Source of the DNA: Carcharhinus amblyrhynchos
Lineage: Eukaryota
Assembly (NCBI GenBank): GCA_965287045.1
Contig: OZ336893.1
Span: 3,348,001 to 3,412,000, forward strand
Direction: 5' to 3'
Length of the DNA: 64,000 nucleotides
A program made the translations under genes and the position numbers. Shown here piece after piece: positions 1 through 13,228 of the stretch. The notes under the pieces were generated by a model. The model saw only the letters and a program-made list of their open reading frames with translations, had not been told where the DNA came from and made no database searches. Position 1 is the first letter of the stretch. Every line of letters starts with the position of its first letter.

Positions 1-110
1 TACATCTATGTAACAATGTTCACAATCTTGAGATGTCCCAGAGTGGATTACAGCCAATTAAGTACTTTTAAAGTGTAATCACTGTTATCCTGAAGAACAT
101 TTTGCATAAT
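1..110 (-). mobile_element. Degenerate Deu-SINE (SacSINE1/AmnSINE1-like) 3' fragment
   Basis: gatgtccc...tacagccaat-aagtacttt-aagtgtaatcactgtt resembles the reverse complement of the Deu-SINE 3' part. Confidence 0.5.
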
Positions 111-219
111 AAACTGGAGGCTTTTTCAGGTATTTTAACAGTTTATCTCTTGACAATTCAAAAGATTGAAAGTATTTCAATTTCAATAGCTAGCTTTGTG
201 TTGGAGATGGCCCACATTT

Positions 220-517
220 ACATTAAATCTAGAACAGTTAGCCTCAGGACAAGGGGTTCATAATTTAAGACTCATTATAAAAAATTTCTTCATGCAAAGG
301 GTTGAGTATCTTTGGAATTATCTACTGCAGGAATTTGTAGATGCTCCTTCACTTACTATATTTAAGGCTGTGATAGATTTTTGATCTCTCAGGGGAATGA
401 AAGAATAGTGAGTGGGAAAGAGAAGTTGAGGCAGAAGATCAGCTATTGTCATAATGAATGGAAGGACAGGTGTGAGGGCACATATGGTCAACTCCTGATC
501 CTATTTCTTATGTTCTG
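220..517 (+). mobile_element. Old CR1 LINE 3' end
   Basis: Degenerate RGH.L...NFF.QRV..LWN.L peptide and tail cctatttcttatgttct. Confidence 0.75.
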
Positions 518-1414
518 AAAACTGGGCACAGAAATTGGTGCACCAGATTTGCATTGATTCCAGTTTTCTAAATCAACAGCTAATCCACTGAACCACAGAA
601 ATCCCCTCAAATGCAACTTCAAATTGTACTTGTCTGATAAAACTAGAAACAGAAAACAATGTGATTTATGCAAGTGCACCTTATCAGTACATTTTACAAC
701 ATTGATAAAGAAGTGCAATAGAAAGCTGTGGAGAGCACTTTTCATTGGAGCTGAAACATACAATGATATATCTTGCATTGTTAATCACAAACTGCTGTAG
801 AAATATCATCTCATACAGACTTACAGAATAAAGATCCAGTATCCCTTTGAGGTGGGTCTGCACCAGTCTGTGCTTTAGATACACTGAGAATCATGAAGTA
901 ATATATTTAATAAAAGCCTTAAACAACTCATTTGCCTGCCTCTCTTAAGCAACAGGTAAAATACATGTATCTTTTTAAGTCAGGCATATCTGACTTCAAA
1001 ATAAAACATTTTTTTTTCCAAAAAAAATCAAAGGTACAAACATATAGTTGAAAACACAGAGGTTTTGTCAAAATTTTTTTTTACAGTACTGAGGGAAGTG
1101 ATTATTTGAATTATGAGACTCAAAAATATGGCTAACATAACACACAAGGGAAAGGGAACAATATATTACTCAGGCCAAAGGAAAGCGACTGGTTCATTAA
1201 TGGAAAGATGGAAAAGTAAATGATTCATACATCAGGACGAGAAAAGGTAATCATTCAATGCAGAGAACAAGGAAAGGCTACTGATTTAACACTGAGGATA
1301 AGGAAAAGTGATTTGATTTAATCACAGGGCATCCTCACTGGAGGTGGTGGTACAATGGCACACAGTCAGAAAGGATTGGTCCTGCGAGCCCTTAACATTG
1401 ATTCTGGACCCAAA

Positions 1415-1790
1415 GAAATCATAAAATCCCTACAGTGCAAAAAGAGTCCATTCAGCCCATTTAGTTTGCCCTGACTCTCCAACAAAGCATCCCATCCCAG
1501 GCCCTATCCCTGTAATCCTACTTATATATCCCATTAATTCCCCCAACCTACACATCTTGGGGCATTAAGTGACAATTTAGCATGGTCAATCTCCCTAATC
1601 CTCACACCTTTCGACATTAAGGGGTAATTTAGCATGCTCAATCTACCTAACCTGTACATTTTGGGACTGTGGGAGGAAACTGGAACAGCTGGAGGAAACC
1701 CATGCAGACACAGGGAGAACTCAAGGCCAGAACTGAACTTGGGTCTATGGCACTGTGAGGCAGCAGAACTAGCCATTGTGCCGCCATGCA
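1415..1790 (-). mobile_element. HE1-type V-SINE with an internal ~55-bp tandem duplication
   Basis: tRNA-like head, V-domain ggtttcctcc...ggtttcctcccacagtcc and CR1-like tail. The aatttagcatg..caatct.cctaa unit occurs twice. Confidence 0.8.
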
Positions 1791-1839
1791 CATCTCATGA
1801 CACTAGATCAAACATGGACAAAGAATTTTCCTGTTAATT

Positions 1840-4570
1840 ACAACTTCTGCTTTCCCTCAGCTGATGAATCAGTGTTTCTCCATGTTGAGCACCAATTGAA
1901 AGAGCATTGAGAGTAGTAAGGATGCAGAATATACACTAATGTCTATCACTACTACTGAGAGTGCTAACTGAGCCCTGAAGATTATATCTGCCAGACTGGA
2001 CCTGTGGCAGATGATGATATAACCAACAATGGGGAAAAACCCATTTGATCTCTATCAGTCACAAATGCATGTGTCCATGACTGTAATGGTAGGGGTGACC
2101 ATCACACAGTCCTTGCGGAAGCAAAGTTGTGTTTTCACACTAAAGACACCTTACAAATGTTGTGTGGCACTATCGCCATGCTGAATGGAACAGATTCAGA
2201 ACAGATCTAGCAGCTCAAAGCTGGGCATCAATGAAGCATTTTGGGCCAGCCATCATCATCAGCAGCAGAATATTATTTCATTATATTTTTAAATCAATCT
2301 GTAATGTCATGGTCCAGACTATCCCTCATTCTACGATTATCATCAAGTCAGGGGACTAATCCTCATTCAGCTATGAGTATAGGAGAGCATGCCAGGAACA
2401 GCAACTGGTATACCTAAAAATGTGTTAACCTGATGAAGCTGCAACAGAGGAAAACATGTAGATTAAACAGCAGAAGCATCATGTGATAGACATGACATCA
2501 TTCAAACTAATGGACCATATCTGACCTCCGCAGTCCTGTCAGATCCTGTTGTGAATGGTGGTGGTTAATTGAACAACTGACTGGAGGAGGCGGCTCTACA
2601 AACATCCTAGTACTCAGAGATGGGGGTCCGAGTATGTCGGTGCAAGAGACAAGGCTGAAGCATTTGCAATCATTTTCAGTCAGAAGTGTCAAGAAACTGA
2701 TACGTTTTGGCTTCCTTCTAATGTCTTCACCATCATGAATGTGAATCTTTAGAAAATCTGATACACTCCAGATGATATCAAGAAATAGCTAATGGTATTG
2801 AATATGGCAAAGGCTTGGGTCCTGACACCATTCTGACTGTAGTAAGAAGACTTGTGCTCAAGAAATAGCTGTACAATTCGCCAAGTAGTTGGAGTACTGC
2901 CAAAGTAGAGGAAAATGTGGTAAATTGTATCGGTATGTACAGTCCACAAAGAAGGAAAAATCCAAAGTGATCAGTTACCCATTCCTCAATTTTCTCGCAA
3001 TTATCAGCAAAGATGTCATTGACAGTGTTTTCAAATGGTGCTTTCTCAGCAACAACCTGATTACCTATGTTCTGTTTGGTTTCTGCCAGGGCCACACAGG
3101 TCCAGATGTGGGCTGCACAGTGGCAAGCACTGCTGCCTCATAGCGCCAGGGACCTGGGTCCAATTCTCAGCCTGGGTCACTGTCTGTTCAAATCTGCAGG
3201 TTCTCCCTGTATCTGCGTGGGTTTCCTCTGGGTGCTCCGGTTTCCTCCCACAGTCCTTAAGACATTCTGGTTAGGTGCATTAGCCATGCTAAATTCTCCC
3301 TTAGCTTTTTACTTCTTTTTTAGGCTTACATTAACACTGCAAATGTACCTGAACAGGTGCCAGAGTGAGACGACTAGGGGATTTTCACAGTTACTTCATT
3401 TCAATGTTAATGTAAGCCTATTTGTGACACTACTAAATAAATTTTATATCCAGACACCACTTGCTCCAAACGTGGAAAAAAGAGCTGAACTCAAGGGCTG
3501 AAGTGAGAGTGACAGTACCTGACATTAAGGGATCATTTGACTGAGTGTGTGGCATCAAAGATTTCAAGAAAAGTGAAAAAAATGGGAATCAAGAGGAAAA
3601 TGCCACACTGGTTGGAGTTATTCCTAGCACAAGTTAAGTTGGTTGTGCATGCAGGAGGTCAATCATTTCAACCCCAGGATGTAGTTGCAGGAGTTGCTCA
3701 GGGATGTGTCCAAGGTCCAACCATCTTCAGCTGCTTCATCAATGTCCTTCCTTCCAACATGAAGTTAGAAGAAGGATGAATAGTCTGTGCCCGCAAGTAG
3801 CAAGAATTGGATAATGTTCAGGTTTGGGCTGATCAGCAGCAAGCAATATTGGTGCTACAATGCCAGACAATGATGGTCTCCAACAGAGAGAAATTATTTA
3901 TTATTTGGCCTTCAATGGTATGGCCATGCCACCACCAACAACATCCTGGGGGTTGCCAGAAACCTAACAGGGTCAGCAATATAAATAAAGCAGGTCAGAG
4001 ATTGGGAATTCAACAGACAGAAACTAACCTCCTGACTCCCTGAAGCCTGTCCACCATCTACAAGGCACAAGTCAAGACTGCGATGGAATACTCTGCTCTT
4101 GTCTGGATGAGTGCAGCTCCAGATAATATTCAATAAGATTAATACTATCGAGAATAAAGTAACCTGCTTGATAGGCACCCCATCCACCATCTTTAATATT
4201 CACTCTCTTCACCACTGACATGCAGTGTGTATCAGCGTACAGCAGAGTGTACCATATACAAGATGCACTGCAGCAACTTGCTGAGGATCCTTTGACAACA
4301 CTTTCCAAACCCTTAACCGCTGTCACCTTGAACGACAAGAGCAGCAGTTGAATGGGGACACCATCACCTACAAGTTCCCTTTATGCGCTATCCAAATTTG
4401 GAAGTATATCATCATTTCTTCACTGTTGCTTAAACAAAATCTTGGAACTCCTTCTCCAAAATCAGTGGCTGAAGAAGGCAGCTCACCACCTGCTTCTCAA
4501 GGATAATTAGGGATGGAAATTAAATGCTGGTCTTGACAACAATGCTCACATCCCAAGAACGAATGAAGAT
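1840..4570 (+). mobile_element. Old CR1-group LINE (family B), ORF2 remnant, interrupted by a SINE
   Basis: Broken RT peptides (QGCVQGPTIFSCFIN; LSTIYKAQV..MEYS) and 3' tail attagggatgg...aaatgctgg...cacatccc. Confidence 0.75.
3105..3445 (+). mobile_element. V-SINE with alternative (Rex1-like) tail
   Basis: tRNA-like head and V-domain; tail gttaatgtaagcctatttgtgacactactaaataaa. Confidence 0.8.
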
Positions 4571-5720
4571 AAACTACTGGGAACAAGAAGTAATTCATTA
4601 AATTCTGGGAGGAAAAATGACTGATCGGTTAATACCCAGTAAAGTGAATGAATAGCAATGGAAGTGGAGCAAGTGTCAGGAAAGTGAGAGTGACAAATTC
4701 AAGGCTTGAGACAAAGGCTCACCATGTCTAGGCAAAGAAAATGGATCAATTCAAGCTAGAATTGGATGATGCCACTGACTGAACAATAAGGACAATAGCA
4801 ATTGTTTCAACACCCAGGATGCAGGTTAATTACTTGAACAACAACTAGAGCAAATGGAAATGATTTAGTGCCTGCACCAAAGGATATCAAATAAAAGGGA
4901 AGTTGCCAATTTATTGGTCATGAAACTTTTGAATAGTCAATGTTTCTCATATTAAAATGCAGTGCAGTCCAAAGGTGCACACAGAAATGACAGAATATGA
5001 AGACTGAAGAGGTGACATGCCTTTTTAATAAAAAGTAACTTGGCAGATAATTTCACATATAGTGGTGTGCTGTCACTAAAGCAGCATCATTGTTAACAAA
5101 AATGTTTCTGACTGAGCTATCCTTGAAAATGAGAATTACTCAGGTGAATAACCACTATGAAAGACAGGCATGGAAAGTGGGACAGAATAAACTAATTAAA
5201 ACAGATCTTCTTCACTAAGTAAAATGGGTAGTTTTATTCTGGTTTCCACCCATTCTCCAGAAGATGCTGAATCATGCTGAGCTATGGATTATGCTGACAC
5301 AAGCATAATCCAAGTGTCCATATTACTCCTGAACCTTATAGGAGGCTCTTTGACAGTGGGTGGCACCACATGCAGATTTAATCCTGTCAGCATCAGGTGA
5401 TCATGCAAGGGTCACTGGATAGTGATCAGGAGCAGGAATGCGGACTGATTTAAATAAGGAGTACACGCATACAGACATATGGGGAAAGAGTGGGGAATGG
5501 GATTAGGATCAATTCAATAGCTCTTTCAAAGAGCTGACACAGGCACAATGGGCTGCAAGGCTTCTTCTGACATTTAATATTCCAAAGTATATACATTATC
5601 ACATATCTATTATAGTTACATTTATTTTTTGACATTTGAAACAGGCCAAGAAAAAGGGATACTTTCTCTTTTAAAGTTACCCATGATGCAAGAGTTAGAG
5701 ATCAAATGGATGAGACTAAC

Positions 5721-5819
5721 ATGGCGTTACTGGTGATGGTGGCAGATAATGCTGTAGTTGAAACAACTCCACACTTGGAACATTTGAGCATCAAACCGCT
5801 ACGGGCTTCACTCGCCTGA
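5721..5819 (-). CDS. ADGRB2: ADGRB ICL3 cassette-type exon: (G)[32 protein letters not shown](M)
   Basis: 99-nt phase 2-2 exon, acceptor tttgtttcaag|TCAG, donor GCCAT|gttagt. In frame with the 86-nt exon. Homologous to the ICL3 insert of BAI2/BAI3 (CxxCG...NAM). Confidence 0.88.
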
Positions 5820-7655
5820 CTTGAAACAAATGCAAAGCAAAAATGAGGACAAATAAAGACTCCAAGTTTAAATGCAGAGAAAACAAACAGTTGAGAAAAG
5901 CAGCACAGATGTAATTAGCTTGCAAAATTTAGAATGCGAGGAGTTGGAATACAATAATTAATCAATTCCAATCTTAAAATCTGTAAAGAAATTTTAGTTT
6001 ACAGATTCAGGCTTCCTTTTGCAAGATGGAATCATTTTCCTTGACCCATCTCTGAACTGCACTAGTTTTGACTGCAGCCTCATAATTGTGTCCATTGTGT
6101 CCTCAATTCCAGGGATACAAGGCATGTCCATGTGTTGCTGGCACGCACCATTGCTGATAGTTCAAAGTGGACAGAATTCATTTTTAAAAAATTGGTTCCC
6201 TTGCCACAACTGATCAATAAACCAACACATGCAGAAAAGAAATGCTTAGAAAAAAACAAGCAGGTTTTCTATTCACAACCCATGTAGTCTTGTGCTGTGC
6301 AAAAACGCTACTCTGTCCCATCCTCCAGGGGGAGATGTCCCAAATTGACTCTTCATGGATTGGGAGATCCTTGGCCTTAAGTAGTGTAAGGAGTGAGACT
6401 GTGGATGGCTGAAAGTCCTCTCATCTCATAATTTTGCCATTGGAACAGAACAAGAGGAAATCTAGAATCTTGATGTCAGCAAGTGTGATCAACTGCAGAT
6501 AACAGATCAAACAAGCCCAATCTTTGTGTCATGATATCCATTCAACCCTTCTAGCAGGTGATCGTTGGAAGCCACCTGTACTATTAAACAGGAAATGGGG
6601 TCAGAGTCACTTTCCAAACAGTTTGTGAAGAGAGGTCTTTATGACTTTGCTATTCCTGCTATACAGGGATGGAGTAAGGGCGGCTGTGACATTCTTCCAT
6701 GGATTGAAGTATCACCATTTCATGAAATGTAATCAGTGAATGTGGCACAATTGTTCTAGTGCAGAAATACCTGCCCATACTGACATCTATGTCATATGAA
6801 AATCAGCAATACGTTTGTACATTCCTCAGTTTAGGGAGGAATTACAGAACTTGATGAATAAAGAGAATAGAAAATAAAGGTGATATTTAAATAAAAATAG
6901 TTGTACCAAATACTGTTGAGTCAGAATATGTAGCTGAACATCAGTCAATTCCTGACCATGATTCCATCTTTCAAATTAAAGCCTTACTTTTTATTTTAGT
7001 TCTGACCTAAATAAAAATTACGGAAAATTTTCCAGGAAAATTTTTCAATACCTCTCATTCTGAGATTCAATACATAGACAATACAGAATTTAAAAAGTAA
7101 GTTTAGTAATTTCTAATTCTATTTATTCAATTAATCAGGGTGAGGGAACCAGTCTGATTGAGGATTCACCTTTTCCCTGTATACTGATAAATATTAAAAT
7201 AAGCATTTTGTTTAAGTTATGTAAAATAAAGTTTTTTTTGAAGTTAGAAGTAAAAGTTCATCTTTTGCATTTGTGTGGCAAGAAGACATCAGGAAATCAG
7301 GGTAAAGCACTCCATTCAAGCACCTTCTGATCATAAAAATTAACCTAGCTGAATTCCCATGAATATAGTACATCTCAATCTCAACCTTCCTCTTTGATAT
7401 TGTGCAGCTATTTAATACAGTATGTTCTACCCTATAGGTCACCCTTAAATCTGTCACATTCCTTACCCATCTAATCCCCCTGATAAGTCACATTCTTCAC
7501 TAGGCTGTACATCTTTAATGTGTCATATTGCATATTTGATATTGGGAAGCAAAATATGGGTATGATTTACATTGTGTTTGCAACAATGTTATTTTAGATG
7601 TAACTAATGTTATTAATTACAGAATCACATAAGTGATTACTCTTCATTGATAAGA

Positions 7656-8863
7656 TTTATTGGGATTTTCAGAAGGCGTTTGACAAGGTACCTCACAAGA
7701 GGTTATTGCAGAAGGTCAGGGGACATGGAGTTGGGGGTAGGGTGTTAGCGTGGATAGAGGATTGGTTGTCAAATAGGAGGTAGAGAGTAGGGGTCAATGG
7801 GTGCTATTCGGATTGGCGGTTGGTGACTAGTGGGGTGCCCCAGGGGTCGGTGCTGGGGCCTCAGCTATTTACCATTTATATAGATGATCTGGAGGAGGGA
7901 ACCGAGTGCAGGGTGTCGAAATTTGCTGATGACACCAAGATTGGGGGAAAGGCAAATTGTGCGGAGGGTGTGGAGAGTCTGCAGAAGGATCTAGATAGGC
8001 TGGGCGAATGGGCCAGGAAATGGCAAATGGAATTTAATGTTGGCAAGTGCGAGGTGGTCCACTTTGGTAGGAAGAATGGTAGGAAGGACTATTACTTACG
8101 TGGCGAAAAACTGCAGCAGGCGACGGTGCAGAGGGACCTCGGGCTCCTTGTGCATGAGTCGCAAAAACCCAGCTTGCAGGTGCAGCAGGTGGTCAGGAAG
8201 GTGAATGGGATGCTGGCCTTCATAGCAAAGGGGATTGAATATAAAAGTAGGGAGGTCTTGCTGCAGCTGTACAGGGCATTGGTGAGGCCGCAGCTGGAGT
8301 ACTGTGTGCAGTTTTGGGCGCCGCACCTGCGCAAGGATATTTTGGCCCTGGAGGGAGTGCAGAGGAGGTTTACTAGGCTGATACCGGAGTTGAGGGGATT
8401 GAGCTATGAGGAGAGGCTGAATAAACTAGGCTTGTACTCGTTAGAGTTTAGAAGAATGAGGGGAGATCTCATTGAGACGTATAAGATGATGAATAGGATG
8501 GATAGGATAGAGGTGGAGAGACTCTTCCCGCTCAAAAAAGACAGTAGGACTAGGGGGCACAGCCTCAAGATAAAGGGGAGGCGGTTTAGAACGGAGTTGA
8601 GGAGGAACTTCTTCACTCAAAGGGTGGTGAATCTCTGGAATTCTCTGCCCGTTGAAGTGGTGGAGGCTGCCTCGCTAAATATTTTTAAGAAGCGGGTTGA
8701 TGGGTTCTTGATAAGAGAGGGGATTAAGGGTTATGGGGAGAGGGCGGGAAAGTGGGACTGAGCCACGACAGATCAGCCATGATCTTATTGAATGGCGGGG
8801 CAGGCTCAAAGGGCTAGATGGCCTACTCCTGCTCCTATTTCTTATGTTCTTATGTTCTTATGT
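7656..8863 (+). mobile_element. Young 5'-truncated CR1 LINE (family A), RT domain
   Basis: ORF 7820-8761 with PQGSVLGP and FADD runs open to the natural stop; 3'UTR ends in (cttatgtt)n. Confidence 0.95.
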
Positions 8864-9847
8864 CCCTGATGGTTCATCCAATAAATAGTTGGTCCATAGA
8901 GACTGGAATGACTACAGTTTGATCTCTGAGCTGTACAAGTTCAGTTGACTTTACAGGGATATGGGTGGCATTCCTACACTAGGATTCAATGATCCCTAGT
9001 ACAGTGAAAGGAACAGTCAAGTTTCTTTTGATCACCATCCAGTCAAATCTGCTGGAGTACACGTGTGAATGGAATGCCTACTGCAGATCAGCAATCTAAC
9101 AGCATTCAGCACCTTGGCTCAGAAACAAAAGTTCACTTGAACGAGCTATCAGAGCGTCCCCAGAACCCACAGAACTATAACTATATCAAAGCATATGTAT
9201 TGTTCTAACAGAACTGGTGAAAGTAAGTTTTAAAAAAAAATCAAAAAAGCAACAGCGATTTTAACCATTGTCTGTTAATATATCTCCTTTGGTAGTAGAG
9301 GGGTTAATTTATTTCAGCATTTCAAAATATATTCAGAGATCAAAACTTGTCTATGATGTTAATAGCCACCAGTTTGATATGTATTACTTCAACAGGATGA
9401 TCAATAACCACTTATTTCTCATCAATAGTTCATTCAATAAAAAGCCTGAGCACTACCCTACGGCTTGGCTTAATGTTCAATCTTTAATTAAACATCCATA
9501 ATTTATCTTTTTAAAAACCACAGAAGATCTTTCTCCACAATTACATGATTATTTATACACTTAATCATCTGACAAGGAAGCATTAGTCCTCTTTGAAAAA
9601 TGCATACTAGTTTCTACTCTTACAGCATGTCTGAATTGTGAATTTTACAGATGTTAGGAACAATTTGCAATCCTTACTTAATAACTGAATTAAATACCAG
9701 CTGTCAAAGGGAAAGAATGTCAATAATGTAATACCACTTAACATCCACCTGTCTGGCATCCATTTTAAATGTATTTTACTGACCTGGCTTTCAAGTTAGT
9801 TGTTATATTTTGTAATGACACTGACCACAATTAATATTATTCTGATC

Positions 9848-12800
9848 ATAGAGACATAGAACATAGAACATTACAGCGCAGAACAGGCCCTTCGGCCCAC
9901 GATGTTGCGCCGACCAGTTAAAAAAGAATGACCCTCTAACCTAAACCAATCCCTTTCCATCCATAAACCTATCCACGGATCTCTTAAACGCCCCCAAACT
10001 AGGCGCATTTACAACTGCAGCAGGCAGGGCATTCCAATCCCTCACCACCCTCTGGGTAAAGAACCTACCCCTGACATCCGTCCTATAACTACCCCCCCCT
10101 TAATTTAAAGCCATGCCCCCTCGTGCTAGATTTCTCCATCCGAGGAAAAAGGCTATCACTATCCACCCTATCTAAACCTCTAATCATCTTATATGTTTCA
10201 ATAAGATCCCCTCTTAGCCGCCTTCTTTCTAACGAAAACAACCCCAAATCCCTCAGTCTCTCCTCATAGGACCTCCCCTCCATACCAGGCAACATCCTGG
10301 TAAACCTCCTCTGCACCCTCTCCAAAGCCTCCACATCCTTCCTATAATGTGGGGACCAGAACTGCACACAATACTCCAAGTGCGGCCGCACCAGAGTTGT
10401 GTACAGTTGCAACATGACGCTGCGACTCCTAAATTCAATCCCCCTACCAATAAACGCCAAGACACCGTATGCCTTCTTAACAACCTTATCTACTTGATTC
10501 CCAACTTTCAGGGATCTATGTACACATACACCTAGATCCCTCTGTTCATCCACACTATTCAGAGTCCTACCGTTAGCCCTATACTCGACACATCTGTTAT
10601 TCCTGCCTAAGTGAATTACCTCACACTTCTCCGTATTAAACTCCATCCGCCACCTCTCAGCCCAGCTCTGCAAAATGTCCAAGTCTCCCTGCAAACTATA
10701 ACACCCTTCCTCACTATCTACCACACCTCCGACTTTGGTGTCATCAGCAAATTTACTAATCCACCCAAGTATACCCTCATCCAGATCATTAATAAAAATT
10801 ACAAACAGCAGTGGCCCCAAGACAGATCCCTGAGGCACACCACTCGTAACTGAACTCCATGACGAATACTTACCATCAACCACCACCCTCTGTCTCCTAT
10901 CTGCTAGCCAATTCCTGATCCAATTACCTAGATTACCCCCAATCCCATACATCTGCATTTTCTGCAGAAGCCTTCCATGGTGAACCTTATCAAACGCCTT
11001 ACTAAAATCCATATATACCACGTCAACTGCCTTACCCCCATCCACCTCTTTGGTCACTTTCTCAAAAAACTCAATAAGGTTAGTAACGCACGACCTACCC
11101 GCTACAAAACCATGCTATCTCCAATCAATTCATTACTCTCCAAATAACTATAAATCCTATCCCTAATAATTTTTTCTAAAACCTTGCCCACAACAGAAGA
11201 AAGACTCACCGGTCTATAATTCCCGGGGAAGTCTCTGTTCCCCTTCTTAAACAATGGGATAACATTCGCTATCCTCCAATCTTCCGGCACTATACCTGAG
11301 ACCAACGATGACCTGAAGATCAGAGCCAGAGGCTCTGCAATCGCCTCTCTTGCCTCCCAGAGAATCCTAGGATAAATCCCGTCTGGCCCAGGGGACTTAT
11401 CTATTTTCAAACCCTCAAGAATATCCAGCACATCCCCCCTATCAACTGCAATACTGTCTAGTTTACACCCCTGTAACCCAGTGTTCTCCTCAGCTACATT
11501 TATGTCCCCCTGCGTGAACACCGAAGAGAAATATTGGTTCAATGCCTCTCTAATCTCTTCCGGTTCCACACACAACTTCCCTCTGCTGTCTGTAACTGGC
11601 CCTAATCTTGCCCTAACCAACCTTCTATTCTTAACGTATCTATAGAACGCCTTAGGATTCTCCTTAATCCTATCAGCCAAAGCCTTCTCATGTCCTCTTT
11701 TAGCCCTTCTTAACTCACTCTTCAACTCCCTCCTAGCCAATCTAAAGCTTTCTAGTGCACTACCTGAGCCCTCAAGTCTCATCCGAACATAAGTCTCCTT
11801 TTTCCTTTTAACCAGCGAATCAACTTTTTTAGTGCGCCACGGTTCCCTAGCTCGACCAATTCCTCCTTGCCTGATAGGGACATACCTATCAAGGACTCGC
11901 AGTAGCTGCTCCTTGAAAACACTCCACATTTCGGACGTTCCCAGTCCCTGTAGTCTCCTAGTCCAACCTATGCTTCCTAATTCTCTCCTAATAGCCTCAT
12001 AATTACCCTTCCCCCAGCTAAAACTACTGACCTGAGGTTCATGCCGATCCCTTTCTATCACTAAGGTGAACGTAACCGAATTGTGGTCACTATCACCAAA
12101 ATGCACACCAACTTCCAAGTCTAGCACCTGGTCTAGCTCATTTCCCAGCACCAAATCCAATATAGCCTCACCTCGAGTTGGCCTATCTACATACTGAGTC
12201 AAAAAACCTTCCTGCACGCTTTGTACAAAAACTGACCCCTCTAACGAGCTAGAGCTATAGCAATTCCAATCAATATTAGTAAAGTTAAAGTCCCCCATAA
12301 CAATTACCCTATTACTTTCACTCCTAACCAGGATCGTCTCCGCAATCCTTTCCTCAACCTCTCTAGAACTTTTAGGAGGTCTATAAAAGACTCCCAACAG
12401 GGTGACCTCTCCTCTCCTATTTCTAATCTCCACCCATACTACCTCAACAGACGAGTCCTCATCAAACTTCCTCTCTGACACTGTGATACAATCCTTGACT
12501 AATAATGCTACCCCTCCCCCCCTTCTACCTCCTTCTCTGCTCCGACTGAAGCATTTGAACCCCGGGACCTGCAACAACCATTCCTGACCCTGCTCTATCC
12601 TTGCCTCTGAAATGGCCACAACATCAAAGTCCCAGGTACTGATCCACGCTGCAAGGTCATCCACTTTATTGCGAATACTCCTCGCATTAAAGTATACGCA
12701 TTTCAAACCCTGCTCCGCCCCACCCCACGATGCCGTGCATTGCAGTCCCCATCTATGCCCCCCTCACTTTCACCCCCTCTACTCAGGATCCCACCCCCAC

Positions 12801-13228
12801 TCCGAATCAGTTTAAACCTCCCTGCATAGCCTTTGCAAATTTACCCCCCAGGATATTGGTTCCCCTCTGATTCAGGTGTAGACCATCACTCTTATAGAGG
12901 TCCCACCTTCCCCAGAATGAGCCCCAATTGCTCAAGTACCTGAACCCCTCCCTCCTGCACCATCCCCTCAGCCACGAGTTCAAACTTTCCCTCTCTCTAT
13001 TCCGCTCTAAACTATCCCGTGGCACAGGCAAGAGTCTGGAGATAACCACTCTTTCTGACTTGGCCTTTAGTTTCCACCCCAACTCCATAAATTTCTGCTT
13101 AATATCCCCTTCCCTTAACCTCCCCATGTCATGCGTCCTCACATGAATTATGACTTGGGGTTGATCTCCCTCTCCCCTAAGAGTCCTGAATACCCTCTCC
13201 GCTACATCCCGGACCTCAGCCCCTGGGT
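9848..13228 (-). mobile_element. Young HER1-like CR1 LINE: 3' part of ORF1 (SGNH esterase-like) and frameshifted ORF2 (APE endonuclease + RT)
   Basis: ORF 12807-13142 DGLHLN; ORF 11102-12706 NARSI..K, MGDFN, SDHN; ORF 10089-11057 DFSKAFD, PQGSVLGP, FADD. Frameshifts near 11105 and in the C-run near 10095. Tail (ttctatg)n. Confidence 0.96.

Noticed and set aside
680-750. Possible extra minus-strand exon (tttcag|CTCCAATG...GATAAG|gtgcac); ORF 488-778 contains FLLHFF, reminiscent of BAI TM3
   Set aside because: Wrong position for TM3, weak donor, stop codon in the phase-compatible frame (SNEKC...KMY*), and no match to the expected next exon ASLWSSCVVLPLL.
1-5700. Search for the next ADGRB exon (TM6, ASLWSSCVVLPLLALTW)
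   Set aside because: Not found by eye; presumably lies beyond the left edge of the window.
5280-9110. Ancient SINE-like relics in opposite orientation (5400-5450 minus, 9020-9075 plus) around the cassette exon
   Set aside because: Too short and too diverged to support pairing or a family assignment by eye.
7820-12706. Long RT and endonuclease ORFs as host genes or a retron/DGR-like RT system
   Set aside because: These are ordinary CR1 LINE ORF2 sequences with typical tails, truncations and many sister copies.
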